A DNA stretch of 59,881 bases, the filler included, from Sphacelaria rigidula (Eukaryota), in the NCBI GenBank assembly GCA_964200075.2. It is 10 parts of 10 records of this genome, joined end to end, with 100 filler letters (N's around TTAATTAATTAA, not from the genome) between each part and the next. Parts side by side here need not be neighbours in the genome. Positions count along the whole stretch, not along the records: positions 47,987 to 53,884 come from CAXNAA020023646.1; positions 53,985 to 59,881 come from CAXNAA020023647.1; 8 more parts are not named here. One strand, 5' to 3'. The notes beneath the pieces are model-generated. The model saw only the letters and a list, made by a program, of their open reading frames with translations. It made no database searches and was not told where the DNA came from. Shown here one piece after another: positions 52,025-59,881 of this stretch. Each line of letters opens with the position of its first letter. Within the stretch, counting starts at the first letter, position 1. The translations under genes and the position numbers were made by a program.

Positions 52025-52580
52025 CAAGGTTGTGTTCTGTATAGGGTACAAGCTTCTGTATACCCGGGGTATTTTTCCGGGCATTTACCGTACCCGACAG
52101 TTCTATGACTTCTGTAAGGCTTTCATACCGGTACCCGGCAGTTCTGTAGTCTCTGTAAGACTTTCATATCCGTACCCGATAGTTCTGTAATCTCTGTATG
52201 ACTCCGGACCGTTACCGGGAGGCACGGGTACGCTCTTGATAAGATACCCGATTGCGGGTACGGTTTTCTGTGTAACCTCCATACCCTACCCGACAGTTGC
52301 TGTGAGTTCTGAAAGCCTCCCATATATTCTTACCCGACAGTTGTGTGAGTTCTGTACAAAACCTTTACCCTAACCCGAGGGGCGTGTATACCCTAAACGG
52401 GGTACCCAATCGACGGTACCGGTTTTTTTTAAGCCTCCCATACCGTACCCGACAAGTTCTGTGACTTCTGTGAGACTTTCATCCAGTACCGGTACCCGAC
52501 AGTTCGGTGAGCTCTGTAAGCTTCCCATACCCCTACCCGGTGTGAGAGTAAACCGTTCTAGATACACCCGATTGCAGGTA
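52025..52580. mobile_element. Truncated hAT-like element with internal repeat array
   Basis: Starts CAAGGTTGTGTTCTGTA, with many TACCCGACAGTTCTGT units. Same family as 55551-56129. Confidence 0.75.
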
Positions 52581-52590
52581 TGAGCACAGA

Positions 52591-53498
52591 TATATAACAG
52601 ATATTTCAATCGAATGAGGTTGACCAACAAAATGAAGTTTGAGGAGGCTAGCCAGTATGCTACAAAACCCCATGGAAAGTACCGTCCGCAAGTAACATAC
52701 TATTCGATAACATGAGGTTCATCAATTAAATGAGGTTCGAGCCCAAAACAGTACTTTCTCCACACTTTCAGCGATGGTGCCCAATCACGTTTTTGTCGGC
52801 TTTTGCCCCTCAATCGCGCAAATACTTTTCCAGCGCATTTTACCAACTCTGTGAGCTTACAGCGCTGACCGAAACCGCTATTTTCCCTGATATCACCCCC
52901 CCCCCTTAAATCATAAGTAGAAATGGCGGTTTCGGACAGCGCTGTAAGCTCACAGAGTCGATAAAATGCGCTGAAGAAGTATCCACGCGATCGAGGGGCA
53001 TTTTGCCGACAAGAAAATCATTGGGCACCATCGCTGAAAGTGTGGAGAAAGTATTGTTTTGGGCTCGAACCTCATTTGATTGATGAACCTCATGTTATCT
53101 AATTTTCTGTTAAGTGCCTTCGATCATTTTCAGGGGGGGGGGGGGGGCTATTCTTTTTTGCTTTGGCTTGGTGGTTTCCNNNNNNNNNNTGTTTTGTGTT
53201 GTTTTGGTTGTTTTTTTTGTTGTGTTTGTGTGTTGGGGTTTGTTGGGGGGGGGGGGGGGGGGGGGGGGCTACTCATTTGTAGCTTGCCTTGGTCGTTTAC
53301 CTGTGGAACGTTCGAGACGGGGCGTGGTTAATGGTCAGACAACCAAGTCAAGCGACAAATGAGAACGCCCCACCCCCCCGAAAAAGATCAAAGGCACTTA
53401 CGGACGGTACTTTTCTCGGCTTTTTGTCGCATACTGGATAGCCTCCTCAAACCCCACTTCATTGATCAACCTCATTTTATAGGATCCCCTGTTATATA
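52591..53498. mobile_element. Palindromic element (TATATAACAG...CTGTTATATA) with a nested insertion
   Basis: Inner hairpin at 52706-53099. Outer arms 52591-52693 and ~53396-53498 are reverse complementary. Related fragments at 11999-12050 and 47987-48062. Confidence 0.82.
53113..53398. mobile_element. TA-flanked MITE nested in the palindromic element
   Basis: TA|AGTGCCTTCGATC...GATCAAAGGCACT|TA. Its internal motif is also found at 21160-21240 and 23825-23894. Confidence 0.65.
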
Positions 53499-53709
53499 CC
53501 TTGGGGAGGCACGGATATAGGTTCAATCCAAACACAACCTCATGACCTAAACATGTGTTCCTTGACACATGATCCATAAAGAGGGACAGCTGGACATGAC
53601 TGATGAAGTCGATCAAAGGACACGGCTGAGCCGATCATGTTGATGTAGAAGATTAGTATTACATCGCTTGACTAAGCAAGTCAATTAAGGAAAGAGAAGG
53701 GAGCGAAGG

Positions 53710-53748
53710 GAGAGAAGGAAGAGAAGGAAGAGAAGGAAGAGAAGGAAG
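53710..53748 (+). repeat. (GAGAAGGAA)n minisatellite
   Basis: About four 9-bp units. Confidence 0.8.
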
Positions 53749-53884
53749 TGACTGAGTGTGGCTACCTCAACACTATGACAAGTAGACCTTCCCAGCCAGA
53801 CATTACGTACGTAGGTACAAGATATACGCCTACTATAGTATCAAATCCCACCGCATGTAACTGACACTGTCGAGTAAAGACAGA

Positions 53885-53984
53885 NNNNNNNNNNNNNNNN
53901 NNNNNNNNNNNNNNNNNNNNNNNNNNNNTTAATTAATTAANNNNNNNNNNNNNNNNNNNNNNNNNNNNNNNNNNNNNNNNNNNN
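53885..53984. other. Artificial contig spacer
   Basis: N44-TTAATTAATTAA-N44. Confidence 0.98.
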
Positions 53985-55319
53985 GAAAATTGGTGAATAC
54001 AAAGCTCAGCCCCCCAGCAAGAGTTATTTGCAGCAAAAAAGCAATGGAAATGTGTTGTGCCCCCCCCCCCCCCCCGTGTGTTTCGCGGTTGGCCGTCCGT
54101 TTTTGTGCGTGTGTTTCCTCTGTGAACTTGCCGATTGTCATGGGTTTACTTTCCCACTGCTCAAAGCGGTCGTACCGTGAATACTTCAGGCCATGTTCGT
54201 CTCAATAGGGGAGATATGTAGTTGATCGGAAGGAGTTAAGTGGTCAGGTTTTGTAGTGGCGCGTTACGTGGTCTGCGGTCGTAAAAGCAAAATGTGCATT
54301 ATTGTTGTTATTTACGTTGGGAGATAAAGAGGGTATGCGTATGGTGATGGTTCAGCTCGTATTGCTCAAGTGGGGTGGGGCTTTCAACCGAACTGTACTG
54401 AAATACTATTGGTGAGGTGGGTGATGCAGTGAAAGTAGCTGGGACCCTGAACGCGGGCAGGGAAATGCGACCCCTCCTTCGTTCGACGTTCGTGTGCTTT
54501 TGCCCCCTGCGTCACAAGATTTAGGTAATCTCGAGGTAAATATGACTTCACGGGTACCCATTGCTGCTCTGGCGTGATTGTTATTTTGTCTGTATTTCGT
54601 GTTTTCGGAGGAGGCTGGAAGAATGCACATCTGGCCTACAATGTAGCGGATATTTGTGTTGCGCATCCGTATTTTAATTACATGCATTTGTAATGTTCTT
54701 GTGTGTGTTAGTTACCTTGAATATACGGCGAGGTTACAGTTGTGCATACAAGACATCGATTTTCTCAAAATAATCCTCCGACGATGACGCGAGGCCCCGA
54801 CGCGCATGCAGTATTTACTTGCATCGTAGTAAGTGGGTCCGCCAAATGTGCCCCAATTTTCCAGCGTATAGCCGGGTTTCACTGGCGACAGATCCTGTCG
54901 TGTGTGTGACGGTAGTGGTATTGGTGCACACTTTCGCCAATCAGATGAGAGCAACCGTCCGGGCGAATTCCGTATTAGCAATTGAAATCCGAAATCATCC
55001 GTCAAACAAATCTGAGAAGATGAAGCCGTGAGCACCCTGCGCCACCAGAAGAGTCTGGCCTCACGTTGTCGTCCGCGCCTTTAGCAGTGGGCGTGGGTAC
55101 GCACATAGAATGGGGCGGATTGCACACTCCAGCGAACAGGAGCGTCAGCTCTCACAACGTAACATATGGAAACCAAAACGCATTGAACCGTGGTGATGGG
55201 ATGCTTCTCCCCCGGAAGCCTGTTGCTCAAGAGGGAGCTCGTCGCGTTGAGGATTGGGCAAAGGGAACGGAAGTCGGAAGGATAATCACCGTACTCTGCA
55301 CGCACTGTACTGCATAGAG

Positions 55320-56262
55320 TGTGTTGTGTGTCGTCGTCCCATCTATTCTGGACGCCGGGCTACACCTATCGGTATAATACGTGGGCGCACCAGCCGGGGT
55401 CACACAGGAGGAAGGTCAACACGGGAGTTTTTTTGTTGTTTGTTTTTTGTTTTAGTACTCCACCTTCCTTCTGCGGTGCTTGCCTTCTATTTTTATCGCG
55501 AGAGGAGTTCAGCAATCCCTATACCTCGTCGACCGTGAAGTCGAATTTTGCAAGGTCGTGTTCCGTAAGGTACGGTTTTCTGTAAACCCGGGGTATTTTT
55601 CCGGGTATGTACCGTACCCGACAGATCTGTGACTTCTGTAAGGCTTTCACATCGGTACCCGACAGTTCTGTCATCTCTGTAAGACTTTCATACCCCTACC
55701 CGACAGTTCTGTAAGTTCTGTACAATACATTTACCCGAACCCGAAGGCCGGGTATACCCGAAAAGAGTTACCCGATTGCCGGTAGCGGTTCTCTGCGAGC
55801 CTCCCATACCGGACCCGACAAGTTCTGTAAAGTCTGTAAGACTTTCATACTGGCACCCGACAGTTCTCTTAGTTCTGTACATAAGATTTACACGAACCCA
55901 AGGGGCGGGTATACCCGAAAAGAGTTACCGGACTGCCGGTACCGGTTCTCTGTAAGTCTCCCGTACGGTACCCGACAAGTTCTGTGAAGTCTGTAAGACT
56001 TTCATACCGGTACCCGACAGTTCTGTAAACTCTGTGAGATTTCCAAACCGGTACCCGACAGTTCTGTAAACTCTGTACGGAATCGCATACCCTACAGAAC
56101 GTACCCGTGCCTTACAGAACACAACCTTGGAATTTCGTGTAACCACGACATAGTCGCCCTCCACTGTTGGGCATGAGAAAAAATCCCAGATCGCTCCGAG
56201 ATTCGAATCCACGACCCAACGGTCAGAAGGTTTCGAGGTTACCAACTGAGTCACCGTGGCGA
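55320..56262 (-). mobile_element. tRNA-derived SINE split by a DNA-transposon insertion
   Basis: 55320-55550 joined to 56138-56262 reconstitutes the 2990-3362 sequence. Confidence 0.85.
55551..56129. mobile_element. hAT-like non-autonomous element, 8-bp TSD
   Basis: TIR CAAGGTCGTGTTC / GAACACAACCTTG; TSD GAATTTTG/GAATTTCG. Interior is ~38-40-bp units with the core TACCCGACAGTTCTGT. Confidence 0.88.
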
Positions 56263-58971
56263 TACTACAGTGTATTCTCTATTGCACCTGGTGAAACAGC
56301 CAGTTAGTTACCCACAGCACAGTGCAAACGTACTGACGTTTTGTGGTTTTGTCAAAAGTGAAGCACTCTTGTGTGCGTGCTGTGAGGCTGCTTGTTCTGG
56401 CGAAGAAAATTGCTCCTCCCCCCAAATCGTCAATCTTTGTCATCCAAATAATATGTGAATGGTCATTTAGCGTGATCATAAAGTATTCATCTGATCCCTT
56501 CATAGCACCAAGAAGAAAGAAGGTGAGAGTTGCCGCGTCTTGGAAGGGCAAATGAGCTGAGTTTCAAATATGAATCCTGACGTGCGAGTACGATCAGGTA
56601 ATCACGACCGTCCATAAGCGCCGCGACCAGTGCGCGGGAAACAGTGCATACGGGCAGATGACGATCGAGTTGGTGCTGAATACCGCACTATTCCGAACAT
56701 AGTACTGTGCTAGATATACGCTGGATATACATACGACTACGTGCGGTATACAATCGAGGGAGGTGGCGAACTTATGAAACCGCATCAACCGTGTATGTAT
56801 GCATGATGAATGTTGAATTTAAGAAATTATATGCTCCTTGGGATGCAAAGGTCTACGAGTATGGCGACCTAGACCACAGTAGAAGACAAGCTCATAAGTG
56901 TCAACAACTGTACCATCAATAGTGTATAAAACCACCACTTGCTCTGTAAGAACTGTCGAGAAGAAAACAAGGAAGGCGAGGAGAAAAACCGTGGGTGTGA
57001 GCATTTTTGATCGCCACCGACTATTATAGGAGGCCTTCCGCATGTCCAACGCGATTTCCCAGAGATACGGTTCGACTCTCTTTTTCTTCAGCTCCTTGAT
57101 CATTTTATGGACCACGAACATAGTCTTTTGGGGCGATATGGTTCTCCTGACGACCCCGGCGGCTGTAAGCTGTAAGCTGTCAACTGTAAAGCATGTGGTG
57201 AGCGTGTGAGATCTTTTTGGTCATGGTGGCACAGAACATGACCGAGGGTAACCCGTGGCATGAATTTAATTCAATGTCCAGATCCGGTGTAACCTAGATA
57301 AGCCGGACTCTGCAATTAGCAATCAATCACAACAACAGTGCCGGTACAACCTCAGGTACTCGCGACCAAATAAAGAGGAGGGCGGAGACGCTGGAGTCAG
57401 GGGTCATTGTGACATCAGGTGACGTACATCGCGGCACGAATTATCCAAATGATAACACATGCTCCTTTCTGAAAGCATTGGTCACATCGCAGTAACTAGA
57501 AGTCATCCGGCGTGTGTTCTCGTTTTATGTCGGGCTCGTTGTAGAAAGATGGGGGCGTCTCCGGTTGATCCTGTCGACGGGAGGTCAACCGGTCGCGCGG
57601 TCGTACTATCCGGAATCATTGAATTTCAAAATCTTGCGTGTTCCTTTTACCTATGTACCTCCGATGCAGTACTTGTCGCTTGAAGATTTTGCTGATGAAT
57701 AGTGAATCATCACCGCGACTCGTGACTATGATGGGAGAGATCAAGTTGCCGTTCACGCCGCGTTACTTCCCCATCCTCTATTTCTCCGCAGCACCATCGG
57801 TCTGTGATTTCTTTCTATTAAAGCCTCTAGCGGTTAGGAGTGTAGAGAATGTCGCCATACAACCGACTTTGGGGAAGATCAAGTGCACGTATCTATGGAA
57901 AGTCTGGGACGAATGCATTCGGCCAGCACTTTCTGCTCCCAATCATCATTTTGACACCTGGAGGCCCAAAGCCGTTTTCTTCCCCTCTTGCGTCTACTGT
58001 AACAACAACGGCAGAAACCGATAAGAATGGGCCGTGAGGAGCTCTTCAAAGTTTCAGGAAAATTCTGAAAAAATGTTCCTTCGATAATAAAACAGAGTCA
58101 GGGCAAAATCTGACATCTCTTCGCCCTGCCGCGCTCTGCGACAAGGCGCAACTCCAAATTTATCGGCAGGGGTTTGTTGACTGCTTCACAGGGCACGTGG
58201 CGGAAGTTTTAGTAGCTCGCAGCTCCAACAGCGCGCGCAGGGTGGTAACTTCCACAATGAGCAGTTCTGCAGGCGATGTGGGAATAATTCTTGTACAGAT
58301 GGTCATATCGTAAAGGATATCCAAGTACAGATCTGTGCTGTTCCCCAGCACAGGAGCCGCCCTGGTGAAGATGATGTGGACGCTGTTGCAGCAGCGTGTC
58401 CAGATCACAGTGTCTCACGGTTAACGAACTATGGTCTACTCACTGCGGACTTTCAGGGCGTTTCGACTATATTCCCCCAAAATGCCGATCACTGTACTGT
58501 TTCTGTGAGCATGCCCGAAGATGCCGCCGATTGACACACATGCTGGCTTTGTAGTGTGGAACTAGTAGTGCGCCAAGTTTTGCAGCTGATTATGCAGCCA
58601 CGTGAAAGCTTTACGCAGGCAACGTTGGTCTAAAAAAGTCGGAAACGACAGTAGTCAATCATCGAAAGATACGTCAGGGCCGGTTACGCCGCATATCCCA
58701 CGTACGGGAACATCGTGCAGCGTGGCGTCATATGTTCACCTCTTCGGCAGTACGGCACCGTTGAAGAAGACAAGTACAGAGCGGGCTGTAAGCACCTTGC
58801 GGGTTAGGGTTCGGCATATGACCCTTTAAAGCTATTTCGTTTTCTGGTGTCGACAGCAACGATCAATGCAAACAGGGGTGTCGTGCAGATCCAAGATGGC
58901 GCGCAAATTTTTGATGTGAATTTGCGCAGCAACGTCCTCATGCCCTCTTCGTGCCAGGAACTAAAGGTTAA

Positions 58972-59073
58972 CCCTTAGACCGCGGTGCGGGTAGTCCATC
59001 TGGATCATGCATACTTTTTTCAAGTGAATATTGATGCCGATTCAGCAGGTGACCTACCCTCGCGGTCAAAGGG
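58972..59073. mobile_element. piggyBac-like mini element
   Basis: TTAA|CCCTTAGACCGCG...CGCGGTCAAAGGG|TTAT. Confidence 0.7.
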
Positions 59074-59881
59074 TTATCGAAGGTTCCTTTTTTACACCCA
59101 GTGCTTTTTTGGGGGTAATGTACAAAAAAGGGTACACCCTGGCACTTCTGGAACAAAAAAGGGTGACGTTTTTTTCGCTTCGGGGCGCGGCGCTGCACGC
59201 AGGCTGAAGACCTCGGAAACACGTTCCAGCACCTCAGCCCCACGCCCAAGGTGTCCGGGCAGCATACCCGTCCATTTTTTCTCATTCTCACAAGTGTTAC
59301 TGGGCTGAACTACGGCGCCGAAAATGAGAGCCTGTGGGAGTACCCTTTTCTGTAAGCAAACCAGGAGGGTACACCCTGCCCTTTGCTAAAAAGTTATGTG
59401 TTACCCATTTTTGCTTTCCTGTTGACCCTCTTTTGTGAAGTGGTGACCCGTTTTTGTGGAGTGGTGATCGTACCGCTGTCTCAGCACAAATCACGCCGAG
59501 TAGTGACAACCATAGCCAGTTTCGGTGAAACTATACCCCACCAAAAAAGGTCGAAACTCAACGACCAGAAGAGTGTAGCCCCCCTGTTGGTCGGTCCGAA
59601 GACCAAGAAGATCCAACGATGCATACAGGTCGCTTGTGTGCCGAAGATCACAAAGATCCAACGAACATGGGTGAAGGTCTTGCCGACACACCAGCCCGAA
59701 CGGCATCATGCGGCGACAGCATCAGACCGTTGCCGGATCTGCAATTTGCGGCTCGGAAACGGGTACGGACACCAACCGGATTCCGGATTGGAGCAAAAAC
59801 GCTTGAAGCGGACGGCGCAGACTGTACAATCGGGTGTCTTCCTCCGATCGTTGCCGTTGCACCCATGTCCCTTCCAGACCA

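Noticed and set aside
55551..56129. CRISPR-like array (also 52025-52580)
   Set aside because: Units are degenerate and contiguous with no unique spacers, are bounded by TIRs and a TSD, and there are no cas genes in this eukaryotic context.

Overview
This is eukaryotic, repeat-rich DNA, most likely a brown alga (Phaeophyceae; inferred from the style of the LINE/LTR/SINE families, GT-AG genes with long introns, and about 50% GC). The window is not contiguous. It is ten unlinked pieces of 5899 to 5897 bp, in descending length order, joined by 100-bp artificial spacers (N44-TTAATTAATTAA-N44). Host genes are fragmentary: two exons of a RAD5/HLTF-like SNF2 ATPase, the last four exons of a GT77-like nucleotide-diphospho-sugar transferase, and one ADAT2/TAD2 exon. 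The rest is mostly transposon debris: an internally deleted Ty3/gypsy element with both LTRs, two decayed Ty1/copia elements, RTE-type LINE pieces, a tRNA-derived SINE family, and many MITE/foldback elements (Sola-like 4-bp TSD, hAT-like 8-bp TSD, piggyBac-like, TA-flanked), several of them nested. I cannot demonstrate a new biological system. The best leads are a foldback MITE with a G:U-biased hairpin, a diversified Sola-like MITE group, a 1.2-kb foldback with a telomere-like core, and an unidentified decayed intronless ORF in piece 1. All alignments and counts were done by eye.
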